From: a virus
Lineage: Duplodnaviria; Caudoviricetes
Strand: one strand, 5' to 3'
Length of the DNA: 58,091 nt
IMG/VR virus record: IMGVR_UViG_3300032282_000782
Location: 1 to 58,091 of that record
The notes beneath the pieces are model-generated. The model did not search any database, was not told the origin of the DNA, and worked only from the letters and a program-made list of their open reading frames with translations. A program made the position numbers and the translations under genes. Positions 9,434 to 18,498 of this stretch are shown piece after piece. How positions within the stretch are numbered: the stretch's first letter is position 1; the number at the start of each line of letters is the position of its first letter.

Positions 9434-10082
9434 TTACAGTGGCCTAGTTGACGACCTGATAGCTGCGACTGAGAACACCAGCACAGAGTTCCTTAGCTAT
9501 GTCCCCAATATGGTTAACAGGGCTGAAGAGCGTCTAGTTAAAGACCTAGACGACTACGGTTTGGTAACGTACACCTCAGTGGCTGTATCAATCAACAACA
9601 ACCTAATGACGCTCCCAACCGGAACCCGTGTAGTCAAGAACTTCCTAATTGAAGCCAGTGGTTCTAAAGTTAACATGCTGTTAAGGACAGATGAGTTTAT
9701 CAATGATTATTGGCCAGTTAGTGCGTCTGTTGGGCAACCCAAGTATTATGCTAAGCGCGATAGCACCACTATCCTTATTGCTCCAACACCAGATGCTACC
9801 TATAATGGGCGTGTTGTCCATGTTTCCAGACCTACTACCTTAAGTTCTGTATCAGAGACAAACTACTTTACTGACCTCTGTTACGATCTCCTGTTCTACG
9901 GCTGCATGATTGAAGCTGCTCTGTTCCAGAAAGACTTCCAACTAGCTAGTCTTTACGAACAGAAGTATGGTGGCCTCCTAGAACTACAGCGTAACCAAGC
10001 CCGTAGAAGCCGTAGGGACGATATGCAAGCCCCTGCAAGCCCTGCTGGTGGTGATACTACCATTGTTGGACAACAGAACTAA
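9426..10082 (+). CDS. Putative head-tail adaptor protein
   Basis: AE.RL, G.PKYYA, IAPTPD..Y, LLFYG..IEA motifs of podoviral adaptors. Confidence 0.7.
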   Translation: MANYSGLVDDLIAATENTSTEFLSYVPNMVNRAEERLVKDLDDYGLVTYTSVAVSINNNLMTLPTGTRVVKNFLIEASGSKVNMLLRTDEFINDYWPVSASVGQPKYYAKRDSTTILIAPTPDATYNGRVVHVSRPTTLSSVSETNYFTDLCYDLLFYGCMIEAALFQKDFQLASLYEQKYGGLLELQRNQARRSRRDDMQAPASPAGGDTTIVGQQN

Positions 10083-10121
10083 ATATACACCCATTAACAC
10101 CTAAGAAGGATACACATTACT

Positions 10122-10403
10122 ATGGCTAAAGCACCAATGAAATATGAAGGCTCCAAGAAAGACATGAAAATGGATGCTATGATGGCTAAGAAAACAGGTA
10201 TGTCAAAGAAGGCTTGGGAGTCTTCACCTCAGGACAAATCAATGGATAAAGCTGGTCAAGCTGCCATGATGATGCGTAAGGGCGGCGGCAAGATGTCCAT
10301 AGGAGCCGCTAAGAAGGGTATGGGAGCAGAAAAGCGGGCTTCTGGTGGTAAGGTTGGTAGCCGTGGCGCTACTCAACGTGGCTTCGGCGCGGAGAAGCAC
10401 TAA
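10122..10403 (+). CDS. Small basic K/M/G-rich protein with GG motifs and C-terminal RGFGA tag
   Basis: ORF with AAGGA RBS; composition; motif shared with the next three genes. Confidence 0.7.
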   Translation: MAKAPMKYEGSKKDMKMDAMMAKKTGMSKKAWESSPQDKSMDKAGQAAMMMRKGGGKMSIGAAKKGMGAEKRASGGKVGSRGATQRGFGAEKH

Positions 10404-11086
10404 TGGCTGACACTGATACTCGCCCACAAGCTACACGTAATACAGCCGCTGAACGTCTGGCAACACGTAATAAGTATACGTCTCCTAAGGAAAATACTTC
10501 AACAGCGTCTTCTTCTAGCCGTGAGAAATCAACAAACGTTAATACTCTCCCACAAGCTACACGTAATACAGCCGCTAAACGTCTGGCAACACGTACTGGT
10601 AGTGCTATTAACACTGTAGATATTGTTGATTCTAAGGTAGGTAATGAGTATACGTCTCCTAAGGAGGATACTTCAACAGCGTCTTCTTCTAGCCGTGAGA
10701 AATCAACAGACGAAGGTATGGGTCCGTCAGTGTCTATGACAAGTCCTAAGGAGGATACTTCAACAGCGTCTTCTTCTAGCCGTGAGAAATCAACAGACGA
10801 AGGTATGGGTCCGTCAGTGTCTATGACATTAATGAAAATTAATAAAGGTGATACTCTTTCAGCTATTGCCAAACGTCATGGAACTACTGTTAAAGACCTC
10901 ATGGATGCTAACCCGTACATTAAAGACGCCAATAAGATTTATGCTGGAAAGTCTTTAACTCTAAAGAAGAAGCCGGAAGTGTCTCAGGATGGTTACAAGA
11001 AAGGTGGATCACTTCGTCGTTCAGGTGGTGGTGGTCTTGGTGTTGGTCAAGCTCTTCGGGGCTGGGGCGCAGTAAGGAAGAAATAA
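10403..11086 (+). CDS. LysM-domain protein with internal repeats
   Basis: INKGDTLSAIAKRHGTTVKDLMDANPYIKDANKIYAGKSL is a LysM domain; S/T-rich duplicated N-terminal region. Confidence 0.85.
   Translation: MADTDTRPQATRNTAAERLATRNKYTSPKENTSTASSSSREKSTNVNTLPQATRNTAAKRLATRTGSAINTVDIVDSKVGNEYTSPKEDTSTASSSSREKSTDEGMGPSVSMTSPKEDTSTASSSSREKSTDEGMGPSVSMTLMKINKGDTLSAIAKRHGTTVKDLMDANPYIKDANKIYAGKSLTLKKKPEVSQDGYKKGGSLRRSGGGGLGVGQALRGWGAVRKK
10657..10828 (+). repeat. 87-bp in-frame tandem duplication within the LysM gene
   Basis: SPKEDTSTASSSSREKSTDEGMGPSVSMT occurs twice; a partial third copy at about 10473-10535. Confidence 0.9.
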
Positions 11087-11088
11087 TT

Positions 11089-11745
11089 ATGGCTGAGAGA
11101 ATTACAGACTCTATTCTAGACGTTAAACCATCCCGCAATCGTACTGCAAAAGTCCGTGACGATCTAGAGGAACGTCGTAAAGAGTTTGATGATAACTCAG
11201 ACACGGAGACTGGTAAGGCAGTCCAAGATAACGTAGCTGCTCTTCTACCCATAGGTAAGGCTTTGTTAGTTGGTAAACAAGCTGTATCAACAGGGCTTCG
11301 CGCCGTACACGGTGCAACTCCTAAAATTCAAGCATCAGCACGTGCTGCTATTGAAGAAGCAAAAGGAACTACACGGCGGGTTGGAAGAGGGAGCAGCTTA
11401 GCGCAGTACCCTGCTCCTGTAGGCCGTGGTAGGGGCGTTACGTTTACATCTAGAGCGGAACAAGCTGAAGGTGTAGCAGCACGTGAGTCAGCAGCAGAGG
11501 CAGCACCTTACGCCGCTATTGGTAGCGCAGCATCAGGGCACGCTCTACGTAACGATTCAGACAAGAAGGATAAAAAGGAAAAGAAAGAGAAGGGCAGTAC
11601 TCCTATTGACTTATCAGGAGAAGACCTGGATCAGTTAAAAGCAGACCTAAACAAGAAGAGTGGCGGCACGCTCCGTCGTTCAGGTGGTGGTGGTCTAGGT
11701 GTGGGTAAAGCTTTACGTGGCTACGGTGCAGTGAGGAGGAAATAA
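11089..11745 (+). CDS. Hypothetical protein with C-terminal GGGGLGVGKALRGYGAVRRK tag
   Basis: ORF in tight operon; tag nearly identical to that of the upstream gene. Confidence 0.7.
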   Translation: MAERITDSILDVKPSRNRTAKVRDDLEERRKEFDDNSDTETGKAVQDNVAALLPIGKALLVGKQAVSTGLRAVHGATPKIQASARAAIEEAKGTTRRVGRGSSLAQYPAPVGRGRGVTFTSRAEQAEGVAARESAAEAAPYAAIGSAASGHALRNDSDKKDKKEKKEKGSTPIDLSGEDLDQLKADLNKKSGGTLRRSGGGGLGVGKALRGYGAVRRK

Positions 11746-11747
11746 TT

Positions 11748-12026
11748 ATGGCTGACAAATACCAAAACGATCACACGGGAGTTCAAAGATATATAGATGA
11801 AAGCAAGAAGATTGCTAGGGAGTCTATAGAAAAAGAAGAGCGTGGGCCTAATGCTCAGAAAGGTATGGGAACTATTGCTAAATGGCTTGACGACACACGG
11901 AATACTGTTCGTGATAAGTTGGGTCTAAACGACAAGGATGATGGCACTGTTATCAACAAAGCAAAGGGTGGCGGCTTAGGTTGTGGCGCTGCCATGAGGG
12001 GCTTCGGAGCAGTACGTAAAAAGTAA
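11748..12026 (+). CDS. Hypothetical protein with C-terminal GGGLGCGAAMRGFGAVRKK tag
   Basis: ORF in tight operon; GAGG RBS. Confidence 0.7.
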   Translation: MADKYQNDHTGVQRYIDESKKIARESIEKEERGPNAQKGMGTIAKWLDDTRNTVRDKLGLNDKDDGTVINKAKGGGLGCGAAMRGFGAVRKK

Positions 12027-12136
12027 TGCCAATCAGTAGGTCCAACACAAGTACGCAGATCAGCCGTCCTCCTATGAAAAAGAAGATGGCTGGTACTGTA
12101 CAACCCAAGAAGAAGCCAAAAGCTACAAAGAAGTAA
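12026..12136 (+). CDS. 36-aa basic microprotein (MPISRSNTSTQISRPPMKKK...)
   Basis: Translated by hand; TAATG coupling to the previous gene; fills the gap; below the ORF-track cutoff. Confidence 0.6.
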   Translation: MPISRSNTSTQISRPPMKKKMAGTVQPKKKPKATKK

Positions 12137-12147
12137 GAGAGGGACGT

Positions 12148-12498
12148 ATGGCTTTAACAGAACAGCAAAAGAACAAGCTAAAGAAGAACGGCTTGTCCGG
12201 TTTAAACAAACCAAAGAACACTCCTTCTCACCCGACTAAGAAGGGTGTTGTTGCTGTTAAAGGCGCTAGTGGTGACTCCATAAAGATCATCCGCTTCGGT
12301 GACCAGAACATGGGACATAACTACTCTCCTGAAGCACGTAAGTCATTTAAAGCCCGTCATGGTGCTAACATTGCTAAAGGTCCATCTAGCGCAGCTTACT
12401 GGGCTAACAAGCAGTACTGGTCAGGTCCTTCTGGGCCAAAGAAGATGCCACCTAAATCTCAGAAAAGTACTAAAGGTTTAGGCTCTCCTAAGAAGTAG
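12148..12498 (+). CDS. Conserved basic phage protein
   Basis: KIIRFGD.NM...ARKSFKARH...SAAYWA...W motif. Confidence 0.7.
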   Translation: MALTEQQKNKLKKNGLSGLNKPKNTPSHPTKKGVVAVKGASGDSIKIIRFGDQNMGHNYSPEARKSFKARHGANIAKGPSSAAYWANKQYWSGPSGPKKMPPKSQKSTKGLGSPKK

Positions 12499-12515
12499 GG
12501 AGATACTTAATTCCG

Positions 12516-12524
12516 TGGTACAAT
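12516..12524 (+). promoter_or_regulatory. Putative extended -10 promoter (TGgTACAAT)
   Basis: Intergenic, about 35 nt upstream of the 12559 gene. Confidence 0.4.
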
Positions 12525-12558
12525 ATATTAACAATTTCTCTATCATTGTAGGACGCTA

Positions 12559-13233
12559 ATGGCTACTTCTGGTACATACTCTTTTGCGTTGGACATAGAT
12601 GAAGTCATTCAAGAAGCCCTTGAGATGATTGGTGGTGAGCAGACATTAGGTAATGACCCTAAATCTGCCCGTAGATCAATCAATTTGATGCTCCAGGACT
12701 GGCAAAACAGGGGTATTCTCCTCTGGACAAGCAACACAACCATTGTTTCATTGACCACAAGTGTAACTTCCTACGACCTAAACGCCAATATCGTTGATGT
12801 TACGGACGCTGTGTTAACCAGAAGTGGCACGGATATTGCACTAACACGTATTTCAATGGAGGAATACCTCCGAATCCCCCGTAAAAGCCAAACTGGACGC
12901 CCTTCTCAGTTTGCTATTAGGCGCGAACAGGACAATCCAACACTATTCCTGTGGCCTATCCCTATTAATAGCACAGATACTCTTAAAATTGAGCGTGTTA
13001 AGTTCATGCAGGACGTAAATAAGTCTGCTGGGCAGAATGCAGACATCAGCCGTAGGTTTTTACCGGCATTTACTGCTGGTTTAGCCCATCAGATGGCTTG
13101 GAAGCGCCCTGGAGTAGAGGGTGGACGTATTTCAGCCCTTAAACAAGAGTATGAACTACTCCTTGCACGGGCTATGGACGAAGATAGGGAGCGGGCAAGC
13201 ATTAAGATCGTTCCTAAACTCAACAGGGCTTAG
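12559..13233 (+). CDS. Head-tail connector / tail tubular protein A-like
   Basis: MATSGT..F, ARRS.NL...W.NRG..LW, GRPSQ, LWP.P, AGLA, A.DEDRE motifs. Confidence 0.75.
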   Translation: MATSGTYSFALDIDEVIQEALEMIGGEQTLGNDPKSARRSINLMLQDWQNRGILLWTSNTTIVSLTTSVTSYDLNANIVDVTDAVLTRSGTDIALTRISMEEYLRIPRKSQTGRPSQFAIRREQDNPTLFLWPIPINSTDTLKIERVKFMQDVNKSAGQNADISRRFLPAFTAGLAHQMAWKRPGVEGGRISALKQEYELLLARAMDEDRERASIKIVPKLNRA

Positions 13234-13239
13234 GCTACA

Positions 13240-13521
13240 ATGGCCTCTAACAAGCGGGCAATTGCTGAGTGTGATGTATGCGGCTGGGTGTACCCACATC
13301 GTGAGCTAAAGAAGAACAGCTACGGTATGTTGGTGTGCCCAACTGACTATGATGGGGCATACGACTTAAAGAACCACCCACAGAACAAGACACCAAAGCT
13401 TTGTGACGACGAATTTATTAAAGACCCAAGACCTCCTGCTAACACTGAACGTAATCAGAACTGGGAAGCAGTTAATGAGAACTGGGAAGACCTAACAGAC
13501 AGCTACTGGAACAGTATATAA
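13240..13521 (+). CDS. Small Cys-motif protein of the tail cluster
   Basis: CDVCG..Y...L......VCP...HPQ...DPRP. Confidence 0.7.
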   Translation: MASNKRAIAECDVCGWVYPHRELKKNSYGMLVCPTDYDGAYDLKNHPQNKTPKLCDDEFIKDPRPPANTERNQNWEAVNENWEDLTDSYWNSI

Positions 13522-13522
13522 C

Positions 13523-14962
13523 ATGACAACACTAACCGGTACAAAGATAGCTAACACCTACAAGGATTTGCTCCAAGTAAGTAATTCCAACTCAGGTATT
13601 GATGGCACACTTCGCACTGTCTCAGATGGTGAGGCTACTAACTCCCCACTCCAGCTATCACAAAGTACTGTTAACATCAATGGCACCTTTGCTCTTAACG
13701 GTATCTCCCTTACTGTTGATGCTTCTACCCTTAACTACCTTGGCGGTGGTGCTGTTAACCCATCTTTCGGTACAGTGTCTGTTAGCACTGGTTTAGACGT
13801 TGACGGCTATGCTACGTTTCAGATTATTAGTGCTACAGCAGGAACGTTCTCTGGTGTTGTATCAGCTACATCCTTCAGTGGTTCTGGTGCCAATCTAACT
13901 GGTATTACATCCGTTGCACTGGCTACTAACGTAAGTGGCGGCTATGGTGCATTGACTAGCTTGTCCAGCACGGATATTCGTGGAGCAACCGGCGGCTTCA
14001 CTGTAAAAGTATCTGCTGCTGCTGCTGAGTTTAGCGGTCCAGTAAGCGGCACCTCAGCAGTATTCTCTGGCGTCGTGTCCGCAGCATCTTTTGCTGGCGC
14101 TATAAGCGGTACTACAGGCAACTTTAGTTCACAGGTCAGTGCTGCCGGGTTAACACTAAGTGGTGTACTATCAGCTACCTCTGGGGTGTTCAGTGGTCAG
14201 GTATCTGGTGCGGGGGCGTCATTCTCTGGTATTGTGAGCGGTGCTTCAGCGGTATTTAGTGGTGTAGTATCTGCTGCTAACATTCGTGCTGGCGCAAGCT
14301 TCTTTACTGCTCAGGTGAGCGGTACAGGGCTAACATTAAGTGGTATTGTAAGTGGTACTTCGGCAGTGTTCTCCGGTATCGTCTCAGCAGCTTCATTTGC
14401 TGGTGCAGTCAGCGGTACCACAGGTAACTTTACTTCCCAAGTATCTGGAGTGGGTTCTACATGGTCTGGACCAGTCAGTGGTACTTCAGCGGTGTTCTCT
14501 GGTATCGTCTCAGCCAGTAAATTCTCTGGTGCTATTGATGCAACAATTGTATCCGCTGCTTCTGCTGTTTTCACTGGGGTAGTATCTGGTACCTCAGCAG
14601 TATTTAATGCAGTAGTATCGGTGTCAGGTTTCTCAGCAGTGTTTGCTGTATCCCCATGGATAAGCTTAACGGATGCAGTTTCTGTAGCAGTTAACTTTAA
14701 GACTGGTCAAAACTTTGTTGTGCAGCTGGGTGGTAACAGAACCTTAGAGAGCGGTACTAACTTAAGTCTTGGGCAATCTGGTTCAATCTTTATTGTACAA
14801 GATGGTACCGGATCAAGAACATTGTCTTATGGAGCTAATTGGAAGTTCCCCTCTGGTACAGCCCCTACATTAACCACTACATCAGCGGCTATTGATCGTT
14901 TAGACTACGTTATCTATGGTGTGTCTGCTATCCAAGCAGTCTTGACTAAAGACAATAAGTAA
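13523..14962 (+). CDS. Tail fibre with 11-residue VS(A/G) repeats
   Basis: N-terminal LTG..IANTYKDLLQV anchor; repeats such as VSGTSAVFSGI; C-terminal QDGTGSRTL..WKFPSGTAPTLTT domain. Confidence 0.8.
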   Translation: MTTLTGTKIANTYKDLLQVSNSNSGIDGTLRTVSDGEATNSPLQLSQSTVNINGTFALNGISLTVDASTLNYLGGGAVNPSFGTVSVSTGLDVDGYATFQIISATAGTFSGVVSATSFSGSGANLTGITSVALATNVSGGYGALTSLSSTDIRGATGGFTVKVSAAAAEFSGPVSGTSAVFSGVVSAASFAGAISGTTGNFSSQVSAAGLTLSGVLSATSGVFSGQVSGAGASFSGIVSGASAVFSGVVSAANIRAGASFFTAQVSGTGLTLSGIVSGTSAVFSGIVSAASFAGAVSGTTGNFTSQVSGVGSTWSGPVSGTSAVFSGIVSASKFSGAIDATIVSAASAVFTGVVSGTSAVFNAVVSVSGFSAVFAVSPWISLTDAVSVAVNFKTGQNFVVQLGGNRTLESGTNLSLGQSGSIFIVQDGTGSRTLSYGANWKFPSGTAPTLTTTSAAIDRLDYVIYGVSAIQAVLTKDNK

Positions 14963-14986
14963 AAAGAAAAGAAGGAATAATAACCA

Positions 14987-17380
14987 ATGGTCTTTAATTC
15001 AAGTATGCTTATGGCTGGTGCAACTGCTAATGCAAGTGACTACACCATCCCCTATTCCGCACGGTTTGTGTCAGGAAATAGCCCAGGCTTAAGTCGGGCA
15101 TGGGCAAGCGGTAATCGGACAACGGCAACGCTTTCTTTGTGGTTTAAGATCGGAAAGATTGACTCCACAACTAGAGAACTTGTGTCTCTTGGGTCAACAA
15201 GTGGAACGTCTAACGACTTAATTTTTTGTGAGTATGTTGGTGTATCTAACATCTTTCAAATATACTATTACAATTCCGGCGTTGTGTGGCAGAAGTCGTT
15301 CACGCAAGTTCTCCGTGATCCCTCCGCTTGGTACCACCTTGTTGTCGCCTTCGACACGACGAACGGCACGGCGGGTGATCGCGTAATTCCGTACCTTAAC
15401 GGGTCGCGGGTTACAGCACTTGGGACAAGCTCAAACCCAACTGCCAGCGCCAATCAGCCGTTCAATGTTTCTGGCGGCTCTTGCTATATTGGAAAGGAAC
15501 CGGCTGCTGCTGGTTACTGGGACGGCTACGTCTCTCAAGTTCAATGGATCGACGGACAAGCCCTAACTCCATCCTCCTTCGGCCAGACAAACACAAGCGG
15601 AGTGTGGGTGCCTAAAGCCTATGCAGGTACTTACGGGACTAACGGGTTCTTCTTAGCGTTTGGTAACAGCGCAGCGTTAGGGACTGACACATCCGGTAAT
15701 GCCAACACTTTCACAAGCAGCGGGCTTACTAGCGCGGATCAAGTCACCGACACGCCGACGAATGTTCGTGCGACGTGGAACCCGATTTTCCCGGTCCCGA
15801 CAAGCTACGCCGGAACTATGACGTGGACGGCTGGCAACAAGGTTGCGACGTTTACTAGTGGAGTTAATTCTGGCTTCGCGTGTTTGACGCAGGAAATCCC
15901 GGTCGGCATGAAGGCCGCAATTGAATTGACGCTTGGAGCAGGAACGTGGACGGGCGCGAGTGAGCGCATCGGCATCTTCGCGTCGAACGCTAATCTTACC
16001 GCTGGCGGCGCTTTCGGCGCTGGTGCGACTGAATGGTGCTATCGCGGCGACGGCCAGAAGATCAATAACGGTTCGGCTTCTGCTTACGGAACGGCGTGGG
16101 CGGCAACCAACGTCATCACCGTTGAAGTGGACAACCTGAACGGCACGCTTCGCTTCCGGCTGAACGGCACAGACCAAGGGCAAGCCTACACGTTCACGCC
16201 GACGCCTCTTGTCATCGGTGCGCACAGCTACAACAGCAAGGCCATCACGCTCAACAACGAGACGTTCGCGCAACCGGTCACGTCGGGTTTCTCGTTGCCC
16301 TGCACCAGCAACCTGCCCGCCCCAGCGATCAAAGACGGGTCGGCGCATTTCCAAACGACGCTGTACACCGGCACGGGCGCGACACTATTGGTTCACCAAA
16401 CTGGTAATGCGGACTTCACGCCCGACATGGTTTGGCTAAAAAGTCGGAGCGCGGCTACCGACAATCTGATTTTTGATGTTCTGAGGGGGGTCAACAAGTA
16501 CGTCAGGCCGAACGCAGTCGGCGCGGAGCTAACCGTCACCGATGGTTTGATGAGCTTCGACAGCGACGGTTTTACGCTAGGGGCAGATATTGGAACATCG
16601 CACTCTATCAACGATAGCGCGAAGACCTATGCCGCGTGGCAATGGAAAGCGGGCGGCGCTGGCGTGACGAATAGCGTCGGTTCAATCACTTCAACCGTTT
16701 CCGCGAACACAACGGCTGGGTTCTCGGTTGTCACTTACACCGGAACCGGCACGGCGGGAACCATTGGGCATGGGCTTGGCGTCGCGCCGAAGCTGATCAT
16801 CGTCAAGGCGCGTTCTGGCGTCACACAAGGTTGGCACGGCTACCATGCGTCACTCGGCAATGGCAGCTACGTTGTCTTGAACACAACGGCGGCGGTCGAT
16901 ACCGGCGCGATCTGGAATAGCGCAAGCCCTGATAGTTCAAAATTCTCTGTCGGCTCAAGTACGTGGCCGCAGGTCAACTCGGGAAGTGGAACCTACGTCG
17001 CCTATTGCTTCGCCGAAATCGCTGGCTTCTCAAAGATTGGGTCGTACACCGGCAATGGTTCCGCTGACGGGCCGTTTGTATATTGCGGGTTCCGCCCCGC
17101 GTTCGTGCTGACAAAACGATCAGACAGTGCGGACAGTTGGGTCATTAAAGACACGGCTCGCGATACCTACAATGTCGCAACAAAACGCCTTTATACGGAA
17201 CAAGCGGCTGCCGAAGACCCAAGTTCGTTATATGGCACGTATGACATTTTATCCAACGGATTTAAGTTCCGCGATAGCAATGGTCTTACGAATGGCAGCG
17301 GCGGAACATACGTCTTCGCCGCCTTTGCCTCTAACCCATTTGGTGGTGGTAGCGGTGCTGCCCCTGCTACGGCACGGTAA
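14987..17380 (+). CDS. Receptor-binding adhesin (LamG/ConA-like, SPRY-like and beta-rich C-terminal domains)
   Basis: T.SLWFK, RDPSAWYHLVVAFDTT, YGTNGF.L.F, PDMVW.KSR, GFS.VTYTG.G, YCFAEI.GFSK.GSY.GNG. Confidence 0.75.
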   Translation: MVFNSSMLMAGATANASDYTIPYSARFVSGNSPGLSRAWASGNRTTATLSLWFKIGKIDSTTRELVSLGSTSGTSNDLIFCEYVGVSNIFQIYYYNSGVVWQKSFTQVLRDPSAWYHLVVAFDTTNGTAGDRVIPYLNGSRVTALGTSSNPTASANQPFNVSGGSCYIGKEPAAAGYWDGYVSQVQWIDGQALTPSSFGQTNTSGVWVPKAYAGTYGTNGFFLAFGNSAALGTDTSGNANTFTSSGLTSADQVTDTPTNVRATWNPIFPVPTSYAGTMTWTAGNKVATFTSGVNSGFACLTQEIPVGMKAAIELTLGAGTWTGASERIGIFASNANLTAGGAFGAGATEWCYRGDGQKINNGSASAYGTAWAATNVITVEVDNLNGTLRFRLNGTDQGQAYTFTPTPLVIGAHSYNSKAITLNNETFAQPVTSGFSLPCTSNLPAPAIKDGSAHFQTTLYTGTGATLLVHQTGNADFTPDMVWLKSRSAATDNLIFDVLRGVNKYVRPNAVGAELTVTDGLMSFDSDGFTLGADIGTSHSINDSAKTYAAWQWKAGGAGVTNSVGSITSTVSANTTAGFSVVTYTGTGTAGTIGHGLGVAPKLIIVKARSGVTQGWHGYHASLGNGSYVVLNTTAAVDTGAIWNSASPDSSKFSVGSSTWPQVNSGSGTYVAYCFAEIAGFSKIGSYTGNGSADGPFVYCGFRPAFVLTKRSDSADSWVIKDTARDTYNVATKRLYTEQAAAEDPSSLYGTYDILSNGFKFRDSNGLTNGSGGTYVFAAFASNPFGGGSGAAPATAR

Positions 17381-17389
17381 CACTTTACT

Positions 17390-17698
17390 ATGACACAAGA
17401 ACACCACATTAACATGGACGAAGAAACCCAGCGTGATCTAAGGATTAAGCGCATGGTCCAAGATGTAGTAGAAGAAGTAGTCCCTGTAACAGTAAGGCAG
17501 ACACTTATTGCTATGGGAATTAACCCAGATCACCCATTAGAAGCACAGAACGATATGTCCTTTCTTAGATCAATGAGGACAAGATGTGAAAAGGTTGGCG
17601 CTGGTGCTACTATGGCATTCGTTACCATCATGGTTGGGGGTGTTCTTTCAGTGTTTGTCCTAGGTATCAAAGACTGGATAACTAATGTTGTTAAGTAA
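17390..17698 (+). CDS. Small membrane protein with one C-terminal TM helix
   Basis: Hydrophobic AFVTIMVGGVLSVFVLGI segment. Confidence 0.6.
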   Translation: MTQEHHINMDEETQRDLRIKRMVQDVVEEVVPVTVRQTLIAMGINPDHPLEAQNDMSFLRSMRTRCEKVGAGATMAFVTIMVGGVLSVFVLGIKDWITNVVK

Positions 17699-17734
17699 GA
17701 TTAATCTTACCTGTTATGCAGAGTTCTTAACTGG

Positions 17735-17743
17735 TGCTATAAT
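17735..17743 (+). promoter_or_regulatory. Putative extended -10 promoter (TGcTATAAT)
   Basis: Perfect extended -10 in the intergenic gap. Confidence 0.5.
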
Positions 17744-17781
17744 TGTAGTTGACGTAGCTTTACTAGGGATACACTTCTAAT

Positions 17782-18297
17782 ATGACAAGATGGATTTACA
17801 ACGGCAGTCGTACTATCAACGATAGCCAACCTTGGACTGACGACTATGGCATACAGCATCCAAGCAATTGGCATATGTGGACCTTGGAAGAGAAACAGGC
17901 TAAAGGTCTTGTTGAAGTCATTGAAACACAGCAACCAGATAGCCGCCTGTATCACTGGGGACAGAACCCTGATGGCACCTACACATCTACTCCAAAAGCA
18001 TTAGACGACAGCATTGTCCCAGAAGGGTCTACAGATCGTGTACAAAAAGGATTACGTTCTCAATTTATTGACGAAGTTAAACAACAGCAGCAATCGTTAC
18101 TGGCTCAAACTGACTGGGCTGTTATCCGTAAGCAAGACACTGGAAAAGCTATTTCAGAAGCTATAGCAATTTATCGTGCTGCTGTTAGAGCAAAGTCTGT
18201 TCTTATGCGTGAGGCTATTGCAGCTACTACTTCAATTGAAGACTTTGAGGCATTGTTAGCTTCTGGTGCACTTAGTGATTGGCCCACACAGGAGTAG
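17782..18297 (+). CDS. Putative tail fibre assembly chaperone
   Basis: GIQHPSNW, LLAQTDW.VIR, YR.AVR, C-terminal WP. Confidence 0.7.
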   Translation: MTRWIYNGSRTINDSQPWTDDYGIQHPSNWHMWTLEEKQAKGLVEVIETQQPDSRLYHWGQNPDGTYTSTPKALDDSIVPEGSTDRVQKGLRSQFIDEVKQQQQSLLAQTDWAVIRKQDTGKAISEAIAIYRAAVRAKSVLMREAIAATTSIEDFEALLASGALSDWPTQE

Positions 18298-18300
18298 TAA

Positions 18301-18498
18301 GTGTTTTACTTCTTCGTCACCATATTGATGTTAAACTCTGGACTTCTCCAGCAATCAGTTATTGGTGCCTTCCCAACAGAAGAAGCTTGTGTGGCTTACG
18401 CTAACAACCTTGCTAACCAAGTTATACAGAATCCCTACACCCAACTTATAGATGGTGCTTGTAAAAGCGAAGATCAGATTAAAGGAACTAAATCTTAA
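18301..18498 (+). CDS. Small signal-peptide-like protein with two Cys
   Basis: Hydrophobic N-terminus; FPTEEAC...C. Confidence 0.55.
   Translation: MFYFFVTILMLNSGLLQQSVIGAFPTEEACVAYANNLANQVIQNPYTQLIDGACKSEDQIKGTKS

Noticed and set aside
10424-10828. CRISPR or DGR template/variable repeat pair
   Set aside because: Repeats are in-frame coding duplications, and no reverse transcriptase is present in the window.
15677-16354. 225-aa antisense ORF
   Set aside because: Arg-rich shadow of the high-GC adhesin segment.
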